Assembly: GCF_004010195.1 (NCBI RefSeq)
Contig: NW_025215082.1
Location: 8,842 to 50,207 of the forward strand
DNA: 41,366 nt
DNA from: Chiloscyllium plagiosum
Lineage: Eukaryota
Direction: 5' to 3'
This document shows positions 12,666-22,534 of this stretch, piece by piece. Position numbers and translations under genes: made by a program. The notes under the pieces were generated by a model. That model saw only the letters and a list, made by a program, of their open reading frames with translations. It ran no database searches and was not told the origin of the DNA. The number at the start of each line of letters is the position of its first letter. Within the stretch, counting starts at the first letter, position 1.

Positions 12666-12806
12666 TGTAACAGACTTGAAAGTTAAATAAACACTTCCTG
12701 TCCCTCTGTAACAGGCTCGAGAGGTTGAATAGGCTCCTCGTGGCCCTCTGTAATAGACCGAAAAGGCTGAGTGGCCTCCTCCTGTCCTTATGTAACAGAC
12801 CCGAGA
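12666..12806 (+). repeat. Diverged minisatellite of about 42 bp (about 3.5 copies)
   Basis: Units include tgtaacaggctcgagaggttgaataggctcctcgtggccctc and tgtaatagaccgaaaaggctgagtggcctcctcctgtcctta. Related units occur at about 10130-10180, 13020-13110 and 41130-41292. Confidence 0.8.
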
Positions 12807-13499
12807 CATTAAATGACACAGCAACCCATGGGTTACGAGCAGCCGTTAAACTGAATCTGATGGAGGTCCATATCTTTCTCAGTTACAGAAACACAAACAA
12901 CACCATGCACTCCAGGTGCCCTCTCAGTAACACCTCATACAGCTGCAGCGACACATCACTTCGTCTTGAATGATTCTGTTGGCAAAATGTACCAATATTC
13001 TAGGTTTCCACCTTTTCTAGTAGCAACAGGCTAATATGGGCTGAATGGCTTTCTCTTATCCCTCTGTTAAGCCACCCAGAGGGACAGAATTGCTTCGGCC
13101 TGTTCCTGAGCAGCAGTCGTCATGGTCTGTCTCAAGGTTATGAAAGGATTTGATAACAGGGCAATTAAATCCAGGAGTAGCCTCACACTGGTCAATAAGT
13201 ATCATGCTTTGCGTTAAGGTATCTAGAAACTTGCCCACCCGACTTTTCTAATGCAGCCGATCTGTTATTTTATAACTGCCTTCTTTCATACACAGAATGG
13301 AACAAATATAGACCCCTGCAGTGTCCTGTTAATACTCTCATTTACAAGTTCAAAAAAAAAAAGATTTAAAAGATTTAAAGATTTTTGATCCATCCCTCAG
13401 CAACCCTCATCCATTTCATCCAAACCCAGTAAACGTTCCCTTTTATAGTGATATGAAAAGTGATGTGTGGAACTGGTTAACTGAGCTTGTTTGTTAATT

Positions 13500-14281
13500 C
13501 ATGATTTGGAGATGCCGATATTGGACTGGGGTGTACAAAGCAAAACATCACACAACACTAGGTTATAGTCCAACAGGTTTAATTGGAAGCACATTAGCGT
13601 TTGGAGCGCCGCTCCTTCGTCAGGTGGTAGTGGCGGACATACTACTAAGGCACAGCATTTATAGCAAAGATTTACAGTGTAATGTAACTGAAGTTATACA
13701 TTGAAAAATACCTTGATTGTCTGTTGAGTCTTTCATCTGTTCGAATACCATAATAGTTTCATTTCTTTCATCTGTAAATCACAAAAACTTTTTCTTTTAA
13801 AGTTGCATTCTCAGGTTAGCTGTAACAATGAGTGTTCGCTAGATAATATGTTGAAGGTGTTAGCCCCCTGTGTTCTCTGTCTATACCATGATGTTTAGAT
13901 TGATTCTAATCTGAAAAGTGAGATAACAAAGTTTTACATGAATTCATGCAGTTTTTGAGCTCAGAGGTTTACATGAATTAATGCAGTTTTTGAGCAAAGT
14001 ACAATGTAACTCTAAGTACAAATTCACCCCACAAAATATATGTATATGTGTGCATATGGGTCTTTGTGTTTGTCTGTATGTGTGTTTGTCTATCTGGGTT
14101 GGGAGGGTTGTGAGTGTGAGAGAGTGTATATGTGTGTGTAGTGAGTGTAGAGTGTCTTAAGTCTGTGAGGGGGCATATGGATGGCTGTGTGAGTGTGGGT
14201 GTCTGTAAGGGTGTGTGTGAGTATTTGTGTGCGTGTCTGTGTACATGTGTGTCCGTATGTATGTGTGTGTATAGGAGTGCC

Positions 14282-14313
<32 letters not shown>

Positions 14314-14545
14314 GTGCAATGGTAGTCACCTGTAATGTGACTTGAACCCAAGGCCCCGGTTGAGGCCCTCCCTATGTGATCAGCCTCTGTTCGGACACTT
14401 TTCGCTGCTGCCTGTCCTGAAATCCGCCTTGAAGGATGGTCTCAAAAGGTTCGAGGTTGAATGTCCCAACTGGGAGGGAACACTCCTGTCTGTTGATTGT
14501 TGTGCAGTGCCCATTCATCCGTTGGCGTAGGCTTTGCTCGGTTAC
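13500..14545 (-). mobile_element. Penelope-like element 3' end: EN C-terminus, (CA/TG)-rich tract and pLTR
   Basis: The minus strand at about 14330-14375 reads HREGLNRGLGFKSHY (PLE 'GLNRDLGFMSHY' end). There is a hammerhead-like ctgacga-aggagcggcgctcc-aaac at 13595-13625. Confidence 0.8.
14038..14312. repeat. Degenerate (TG)n/(TA)n microsatellite inside the PLE
   Basis: Directly visible TG-rich tract ending (gt)n(at)n. Confidence 0.95.
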
Positions 14546-14589
14546 CCAGTGTTTGTTCAGTGACTGTGAATAATGCCAATCTCCATGGA

Positions 14590-14640
14590 TTCTAATTATC
14601 CCAGTGGAGGGTTTCCATCTTTTAATGATAAATAGGCGCC
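14590..14640 (+). promoter_or_regulatory. Candidate proximal promoter of the GPCR (homeodomain sites, O/E-like site, TATA-like element)
   Basis: TAATTA (14593-14598) abuts TCCCAGTGGAG (14599-14609). CTTTTAATGA lies at 14619-14628 and GATAAATA at 14627-14634, about 135 nt upstream of the ATG in non-repetitive sequence. Confidence 0.3.
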
Positions 14641-14765
14641 GTTCAATGTGTTATCCCATAACATGAGCGGGAGCATCACCGACAGCACTGACAGGGAGCA
14701 GCAGATCCAGAAAGAGGGGGAGGAGAGATCAGAATCTGAGAATATTAGACTAGAATGTTCCAAAC

Positions 14766-14943
14766 ATGGATCAAGATCTGGGAACATTGGACGGGCATTT
14801 TCCAACAATAGACAGGAGTTTATCCAATTATGTTTGGCGTCTTTCTGCATTTTCTTGGTGGCCATTATCATGGCGGGTCTATTACACTCTTCTCATTATT
14901 CAATATTTTTATTATCCTTTCCTGGCTATCGTTGGTGTGCCTG
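14766..14943 (+). CDS. First coding exon of a class A GPCR, GPR139/GPR142-like (family expanded in sharks); partial gene
   Basis: The ATG at 14766 is in good context (aaacATGG), with an in-frame TAG at 14751. It translates to MDQDLGTLDGHF...YYTLLIIQYFYYPFLAIVGVP, then G|gtaagt, a canonical phase-1 donor at 14944. The YYPxLAxVGVP motif followed by an intron before the TM1 Asn matches my recollection of GPR139-like genes. Orthology cannot be assigned from this exon alone. Confidence 0.8.
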
Positions 14944-16469
14944 GTAAGTGTCAGTGTCCAGATGTTTTTCTCTATAAACCAGTTATGACTGCATTACTGT
15001 TCTTTTATATAGTCTACACTTCTTGCTGCTATTATTGTTTCTGTTGAAACTCTCAATCCAGATATTTACTCTACAGACCACCACTAACTACATCAATGAA
15101 GGTGTTCAATTCCTGTCTCCCTCTCTGCTTTGGCAGTGTTATTCATGGGTCTCTATGTCGATCTACTCAGTTTCAACTGAGAACTACAATTTATTGTATC
15201 ATTACCTTTGTTATTTAAATATTAAGAGCATGGAGATCACTCTTTACTGTTCTGGTTACAACATCCATTTCCTTCCACTGTTTCCATCACATCCCTGGCC
15301 AATATCTGCGGCTGAAGCAGACAAGTCACAACTGTGGGAGATCCCTTTGACAATGAGCTGATTCCTGACACCATACTCTGACCATTTCTAACTTGAAATA
15401 CTCACCACTCCAGAATATATCTCACTGGCTTATTCCATCTGGAGTTTGAATCTTGAGCTATGATGGCAGTCTTAATGAAGCCAATAATCTGCTGCTGACA
15501 CTCCCGGCTTCAAACTTTCCGAAGCAGATCTGATTCGACCTCACACCAAACTTGCATCCATCTGTCATTCATGTGCACACCGATGTATATTGCTGTTGTG
15601 TCTAGCAATGCCTATATTTTGATATTCTCAAACACTTTACCTCATCTGTCCATGAAACCTGTCTCGTTCATTCTCTGTTGATTATTCAAAAGCCTGCCAG
15701 TTGTTCGTATTTTAAAATTGTTTTCTCCATGTGCGTTCCTTCTCAAACAATGAGTTTCGCATTCAACCACGCCAATCGCGCACGCGCACACACGCAATCT
15801 CTCACAGTCTCTGAAGAACAGACAGAGAGAGCAAACCTTCCCATTGTAGGCAGTAATCTGATGCGAGTATAGTTAGCATATGATAGTAAAGTTTGCAATA
15901 CTCTCCAGATAGTGCAGTTTATTAAGCAACACACTAGCATGGTCTGCACAGCTCTCCATGCTGGGCTATTATCTTGTCCCAGTTTATGTTGTTTGTGGTG
16001 TTCTGTGAAGCAGATTCAGAATTTGATGTAACAAACTATTTCAGCTGATCTGACAATGCCTTTATTCAACCTTGTAATTTTACTGTCGACGATCTCACTT
16101 CTCCAGTTAGTCCCACTGCCTGTCGTTTTCCCCATATTTCCACAACATATTTTCAGTTAATTAACAGCCTGTTTCTGTCTTTAATGTGAATCTCTCTGGT
16201 CCGTATGTATATTTCCCTGGCCTTGTGTTTTGGCTCCCTAGTGTATCGAGTGCTGGCATTGTGTAGCTCAGAAATAATGAAATGGTGTGTGTCAGGATAT
16301 TGTTCACTTCCCGGTATGTCCCATGTGATGGTCCAATGACAGGCATGTTTCAGAAGTTATGAGACACATCCTTGTAACTTGGTCTGTACCTGTGGCTGTC
16401 CCTCTCAGGTGACCTTGCGATCAGTAGCACGAGGAAGCCCACTGAGTAAAGGACCAGACATCTAAATTG

Positions 16470-17085
16470 TGTGACAATGCTGTCACCTTTTTAATAAAAG
16501 GCTATTTTCTCCTTTTTTTTAGTAAGAGGTCATAAAGGCCAAACTGCCTACTGAAAACGGCTCAAGAAAATAACTTACGAGGCGTTTAAGGTTTATAATA
16601 AATAATAGTAACAATGGCCAGCTGGCACAGACCAGACTTTCTAGATTTTTCCTTGTAGCTGTAACAGTTACCAGGTGCTTGGTGTCCCAGAGGGGTTGGA
16701 AGTTTTAGTAAAATATCCCTAGCTCTCTGTAACTTCACTTGATGCTGTTTCCTCCTGGATTGGAGGACTGTATGCAAGAATGCATGTCTGAATGTTTCTT
16801 TTTGCCAAGGGGTGTGTTTAGGTTATTTTAGTATATTGGAACAATTGATTTGTATCCATTATTCGGTTAAGGTTTCCAATAGTTAAGTTATTCTAAATTC
16901 CTCTTCATTTTGTATGGATTTTAATTAGAGTGTTTAAATATATTGTGTTTTGCTTAATGGTGAATAGTTTGACTAGTAGCATCACAGCTGGAACTCCCAA
17001 CTCACATCTACCTTTAACATAAAAAAGGTTGGTATCCAAGTTACCTTCTTAAACTAGTTTGAGGCAGTCTGGTTGGTCGATAGCA
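16470..17085 (+). repeat. 5' LTR
   Basis: TG...CA ends, a PBS-like sequence follows, and it is homologous to 20108-20540 and 41304-41366. Confidence 0.8.
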
Positions 17086-17134
17086 AACTGGGGACTCTCG
17101 TCTGGTTCTAAATCGGTAATACCATATTGCTTAG

Positions 17135-17370
17135 AATTTGCAAACAGGCCATTCGACCCAACAAGTCCACACCGACCCTCCGAGGAGTAACCTACCTAGA
17201 CCCATTCCTCTACCCTATTATTACACATTTACCCCGACAAAGACTCCTAACCCACACATCCCTGAAAACTGCAAACAATTTAGCATGGCCAATTCACTGA
17301 CATGCACATCTTTGGATTGTGGGAGGAAACCAGAGAATCCAGAATAAGCTCACGCAGACACTGGAGATTA
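17135..17370 (-). mobile_element. HE1-type SINE, 3' portion
   Basis: aacaggccattcgacccaacaagtccacaccgaccctccg...caatttagcatggccaattcac matches 4315-4500. Confidence 0.9.
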
Positions 17371-19004
17371 TGCACCGGGAGACTATTGGGTTCAAATGTC
17401 GTGTATGGTAGCTGTTCGTGTCTTTCGTTCCGGATGTTGAATTCGGTTGGTTGAAACAGCGTTTTGTGTATAAAGGTTCTTTCAGTCACTGAGAATTCTC
17501 TGGGTGTGGAAGAAGTAAACTTGGGGGTTTTACAAAAGGTAATGAAGGCAAAGCTGTAGGAATTGACAGACAAGCTGGAGTTGGGGCTGTGTTTGTCTGT
17601 GAGAAAATGAGAGATAATTACAGCTATAGCTCGGCAATTACATATGCTGGAAACGCCATCAGACTCTTTGGAAATGGCGAGAATTCAATTTCAAATGAGG
17701 CACCTTGAACATGAGAAGGAATTGAAACAGTTTGAATTCTGATGAAAAGTAGAAATAAAAGAAAAGGAAATGAAGAAGAAAGAGAGAAAGGGAGAGAAGA
17801 AACGCAGAGAGTTTCAACTTCAAAAGTTAGTAATTAGAGAGGAAAGTTGACATAAAAAGGTGGTGACGAAGGTAGACGGTAGGCTGGAGGAGGAGGTTAG
17901 TGAGGTTGAGCAACCCTATGGTAGCCAAAAGCCTGATGGAGTTCTGTTTAAATACATCCAGGCATTATCTAAATTTGATGCGAAGGATGGGGATGCCTTT
18001 TTGATTTCATTTCAGAAAGTGGCTAAACAAGTGCAGTTGCAAGAGAATATGTGGATTAATTGATTCAAACAAAGCTGAGAGGTATTTGCATCCCTATCAG
18101 AGGAGGTATCTGGCCAGTATGAGGAGGCACAGAAAGCCATCTGAAGTGTATACGAGGTTGTGCCAGAAGCTGAAAAAAAGTGTTTCAGGAATCTAAACAA
18201 GTATCCCTGGTTAAATGCACATTGAGTTTGAAAGGATCAAACAAAGTAATTTTGAAAGGTGGGTAAGGGTATTAAAAACAGTGCAAAGCTATTGCACTGT
18301 TAGAGAGAATCTTATTTTGGAGAAGTTCAACATTTCGCTTCCTGCAGTCGTGAGAACTCGTGTGGAAGAGCAGAGAGTTAAACGGCAAGATTAGAAACTG
18401 AAATGGCTGATGATGATGGTTTGGTTCAGAAATCAAAGTTTGGTTTCTGTGAGGGATTGAAAAGAATGTGTGAGCTCGTCTTAAAACATATACCTGTGAA
18501 AGTAAGGCCAGGAGTAGCAGGTAAAGAGGTTAGAGCATTAAGAGGTACAGAAGCATGTAATTCTTTTATGCTGAGATATATGGAGCTATGTCATTCAGAG
18601 GGACAATTGGAGAGATGAGAAGTGCTCCATTATGTAACGTGTGGTTGGAGTGTCCAGTGGACACATCAACAGATTTATTCCACAATGGGGAAGGAGGCCT
18701 TCGGCTTGGCGTTGGCATGACAACATTTCAGCATGTAAATTGCGAATAACATACCTGAGACAAATCTTTATCACTGATCGTGACCGCTTAAAGTATTTTG
18801 GGGAAGTTTAGGGAGAAGAATACCAGTCTGTTTCGAATCTTTCATTCAATTTGAAATTTTACAGTTGACAGGGCGAGAAAACTTAAGTTTTGACACGTTG
18901 TAGAGACTTGGATGAAGAAAGACAAAGGTATTCTGTGGCAGGAGGAAAATGACTGAAATCGATTCTAGTAGTGAACATTTGTATGCTCAGAGTCAATGTA
19001 ATAT

Positions 19005-20105
19005 ATTTCTGCACCTCTTCCTCCGCAACATTGATGACTGCATTGGCGCCACCTCGTGCTCCCGCGAGGAGGTTGAGCAGTTCATCAACTTCACCAACAC
19101 ATTCCACCCTGACCTTAAATTTACCTGGACAATCTCTGACGTCTCCCTCCCCTTCGTGGACCTCTCCATCTCCCTTAATGACGACCAACTTGACACCGAC
19201 ATTTTCTACAAACCCACAGACTCCCACAGCTACCTGGATTACACCTCTTCCCACCCTATATCCTGCAAAAATGCCATCCTGTATTCCCAATTCCTCCGCC
19301 TCCGCCATATCTTCTCCCAGGAGGACCAGTTCCACTACAGAACACTCCAGATGTCCTCCTTTTTTAGAAACCGCAATTTCCCTTCCCACGTGGTTAAAGA
19401 TGCCCTCCAATGCATCTCGTCCACATCCCGCACCTCCGCCCTCAGACCCAACCCCTCCAACCGCAACAAGGACAGAACGCCCCTGGTGCACACCTTCCAC
19501 CCTACCAACCTTCGCAAATCATCTGCCGACATTTCCGCCACCTCCAAACAGACACCACCACCAGGGATATATTTCCCTCCCCACCCCTCTCCGCCTCCAA
19601 ACAGACCCCACCACCAGGGATATATTTCCCTCCCCACCCCTCTCCGCCTCCAAACAGACCCCACCACCAGGGATATATTTCCCTCCCCACCCCTCTCCGC
19701 CTCCAAACAGACCCCACCACCAGGGATATATTTCCCTCCCCACCCCTCTCCGCCTCCAAACAGACCCCACCACCAGGGATATATTTCCCTCCCCACCCCT
19801 CTCCGCCTCCAAACAGACCCCACCACCAGGGATATATTTCCCTCCCCACCCCTCTCCGCCTTCCGCAAAGACCGTTCCCTCCGTGACTACCTGGTCAGGT
19901 CCGTACTCTATGCTACTTTCGCCCCACCTCCACCCCCCCTCTCATTTATCTCTCCACTCTTCAGGCTCTCTGCCTGTATTCCTGATGAAGGGCTTTTGCC
20001 TAAAACGTCGAATTTACTGCTCCTCGGATGCTGCCTGAACTGCTGTGCTCTTCCAGCACCACTAATCCAGAACCTGGTTTCCAGCATCTGCAGTCATTGT
20101 TTTTA
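19005..20105 (+). mobile_element. Young, truncated Penelope-like element: RT C-half, tandem expansion, pLTR; GIY-YIG deleted
   Basis: HLFLRNIDDCIGA (YIDD motif altered), FTNTFHPDLKFTW, LPFVDL, FYKPTDSHSYLDYTSSHP and SQFLRLRHI, then FRKDRSLRDYLVRS, after which the sequence jumps to the pLTR. Confidence 0.93.
19541..19858 (+). repeat. Six tandem copies of a 53-bp unit
   Basis: The unit is cctccaaacagaccccaccaccagggatatatttccctccccacccctctccg. Copies start at 19541, 19594, 19647, 19700, 19753 and 19806; only copy 1 shows a substitution (gacacc). Confidence 0.97.
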
Positions 20106-20789
20106 CCGACCAGGTTTCCTCGTTTTGTTTTTAGCTGCAGCATACAGAAGCTGCTGGGGATCCCAGACGGGGTGGAAGTTTCAATACATGATCCCATCTG
20201 CTTTTCCCTCTGAGATCTCTTGATGTTGATTTCTCCTGGACCGGAAAATTGCATGTAAGGATCTGTATTTGAATATATCTTTGTGCCAAGGGGTGTAAAC
20301 CAAGAAGGTACGGTATCGAATGTTTGTGTCAGTGTTCCAACAGAAAAGCCATCCCGAAATGTTCTTTCCTTTGATTGGATTTTAACTAAAGCATTTGAAT
20401 AGATTATATTTTGCTTAATGTCGAGTGGTTTGACCAGCCACAACATATCTGGAATGCACACTTTACATCTATATTCAAAATAAGTAAAGGTTTGGGACTA
20501 AACGGCCTTCCTAAAACATTTTGCAGGGATCTGTAGCCAAGGGGTTTTTGACTGACACATGTTATTGAAAAGTTAGTGAAGGGACTGGGGAATGGTTTGC
20601 TGGAGGATGTGCTGTGAGCTGCCTCAGACATTCAGGGAGACCTGAGGATTTGCTGACCCAACTTTGGATGGAGCATGGGGACTGTAGTTACAACATCTGG
20701 GTGTGTACCATGAACAACAAATGGAGCAGAGGCTGCAGAAACGGTAAGCTTTGAAACGACGGAGTGAGTGTGTGTGTGGAAAGGGATCT

Positions 20790-21480
20790 GCTGTATCCAC
20801 CCCGGGTTTTCCAGAACAACTACCCAAGCTCCACCTAACTTAGGATCAAAGTGTGAGGGGACCCTGATTGAACAAGGAGCTGGTGACAGAGCGGTGTCAC
20901 CTCCTTCAACATGACCTGCAGCTTTACACCAGGGGGAGGAGGGTGCTGCCAGTGGCTGTTCGGGTCACAGTTTCATTCAGCTTCTATGATCCAGAACTTT
21001 CCAGGCAGGAGTGGGTGACATATCCATCATCTCCCAGTACCTGTAACATCCGTGCCACAATATGGTGACGTCGGATGTATATGGTGGATGAGGTCAACAC
21101 ATTATTTCGCCCTCAGCAGGGAGCTGCCGGGTGTATCCAGTATAGTGGGATTCCCGATGGTATACATGGCATCTGCGGGTTAGCCATGTCAATGGGGAGA
21201 AGTAGAGGAACTGAAAGAGGTCTCTCTATTAATGTTACAGCGTGCCCATGCACAGGACATCATGTTGGTGAATACCCACTGTCCTGGCAGCAGTCATGGC
21301 TTCTTCATTCGGAAGCAGTCAGCCATTCCCATCGACATCGGGTCTCCACGTAGAAAGAAATGAATATATCTTGGATAAAGGCCATCCCCTTGATGCACAT
21401 TTCAAAACATCAACCCCACCACCAATCAACCACATCAAAGTATTCCATGTGTACGGAGAGCAATGGGGTCAGTTGGAGCG
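20790..21480 (+). mobile_element. PIF/Harbinger (HARBI1-like) transposase fossil
   Basis: KELVTERCHLLQHDLQ..RVLPVAVRVTVSFSFY, IMLVNTHCPGSSHGFFIRKQS and LDKGHPL match the Harbinger motifs LPVAVKVTxALNFY, PGSxHDxFIL and GDKGYP. There are several frameshifts. Confidence 0.8.
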
Positions 21481-21851
21481 TCTGGGAGCTGATGATCAGG
21501 GATGGAGCAAAACCTCCCATGTCTGAAAGGGGCTGAGTGAACGCCCCCAGGACACAGTACCATTAAGTCCTGGAATCCCTCTCCATTTCAGTCACATACT
21601 GCCTTCCATTACTCCTATAAATGAAATGTTAAATTCCACCTGCGAAACTATTACCTATTGCCTTTACCTCTCTGAATCTATCTGCAGACTCTCCACCCTC
21701 TCTTGATAATTTAATCTCTTGCTTACCACAGCGACATCACCAAACTCAGCATCTGTATATCTGCTCCATCCTCCTGATCATTAATGTAGATTGTAAATAG
21801 TTGAGAACCCAGCGCTGGTCACCGTGTGACCCTACTTTTCTTATGACCCTA

Positions 21852-22530
21852 AAGATGCTGGAGATCAGAGTGGAAGAGTGTGGTGTTGGAAAAACGCATT
21901 CAGGCAGCATACTGAGAGCAGATAAATCGATGTTTCGGGCATAAGCCCTTCATCAGGAATGAAGCTTATGGGCCAAGGGGGCTGAGAGATAAATGACAAG
22001 GGGGTGCGGCAGGGGGGAGGTAGCTGGGATTGCGCTAGGTAGATGACAGTGCGGTTGAAAGTGATAGGTGATGAAGGGAGACAGAACGCCTCCTCTACTG
22101 CATTCATTAAACCCAATGTGGTCTTCTCTACATTGGTGAGGCAGGAGGTCAACTTATGGATCATTTCAGAGAACATCTCTGGGACAGCCACATTGAACAA
22201 CTCCATCGCCTTGTGGCTGAGCACTTTAACTCCTCTTCGCACTCTGCCAAGGACATGATGTTCCTCGACCTGCTCCATCGCCAAACCCGAGCCACCAGAA
22301 GCCTGGAGGAAGAAAGCCTCCTCTTCTGCCTTGAGACCCTCCAACCACAGGGGATCATAGTGGATTTCCCCATTTCCCCATTTCTCCTAATCCCACCTTA
22401 TCCTACTCCAAACTTCCAAGTCAACACCGGCCTTTTGAATGTTCCTATGTGCACACCTTCGTTCCTATCAATCTGGTCCACCGTCCTCTCCGACTATCAC
22501 TTTCAACTCCACCTTCATCTACCTATTAGA
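21852..22530. mobile_element. Penelope-like element: inverted pLTR (minus, 21852-22078) plus GIY-YIG endonuclease (plus, 22085-22370) and partial pLTR
   Basis: CGLLYIGE..., DHFREHLWD...VAEHFNSSSHSAKDM...LQPQGIIVDF. The segment 22037-22070 is the reverse complement of 22493-22523. Confidence 0.9.
21925..21960 (-). ncRNA. Minimal hammerhead motif (core intact, stem III mismatch)
   Basis: The minus strand reads attc-CTGATGA-a-gggc(ttat)gccc-GAAA-cATC-gatt. Confidence 0.6.
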
Positions 22531-22534
22531 TGAA

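Larger units (their letters stand above)
16470..20540 (+). mobile_element. Internally deleted Gypsy (Gmr1-like) LTR retrotransposon with nested SINE and PLE
   Basis: The 5' LTR is 16470-17085 (TGTGAC...TAGCA), followed by a degenerate tRNA-Pro-like PBS (tggggactctcgtctgg, 17089). Gag spans about 17480-18430 (ALSKFDAKDGDAFLISFQKVAK; LILEKF..SLP..VRTRVEEQ..EMADD). There is a protease remnant (LRGTEA), an RNase H remnant (YSTMGKEAFGLALA*QHF, about 18675), and a 3' LTR remnant at 20108-20540 homologous to 16630-17075. Confidence 0.85.

Noticed and set aside
13931..13995. Direct duplication of about 35 bp (tttacatgaattcatgcagtttttgagc); also a 20-bp duplication at 8441-8482
   Set aside because: These are ordinary local slippage duplications inside TE sequence.
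13978..14351. His/Thr-rich and Cys/Val-rich ORFs
   Set aside because: They are translations of the (CA/TG)n microsatellite.
14944..15047. Cys-rich extension of the GPCR ORF (KCQCPD...CCYYCFC)
   Set aside because: It is read-through past a canonical donor into the intron, and it lacks the conserved TM1 Asn.
19541..19858. CRISPR-like array
   Set aside because: The units are head-to-tail identical with no spacers, the context is eukaryotic, and there are no cas genes.
18883..20223. 424-aa, 355-aa and antisense Pro/Gly-rich ORFs as novel genes
   Set aside because: They are explained by the PLE RT fragment, its C-rich stop-poor composition and the 53-bp repeat. The catalytic motif is altered (NIDD) and the N-terminal RT is missing.
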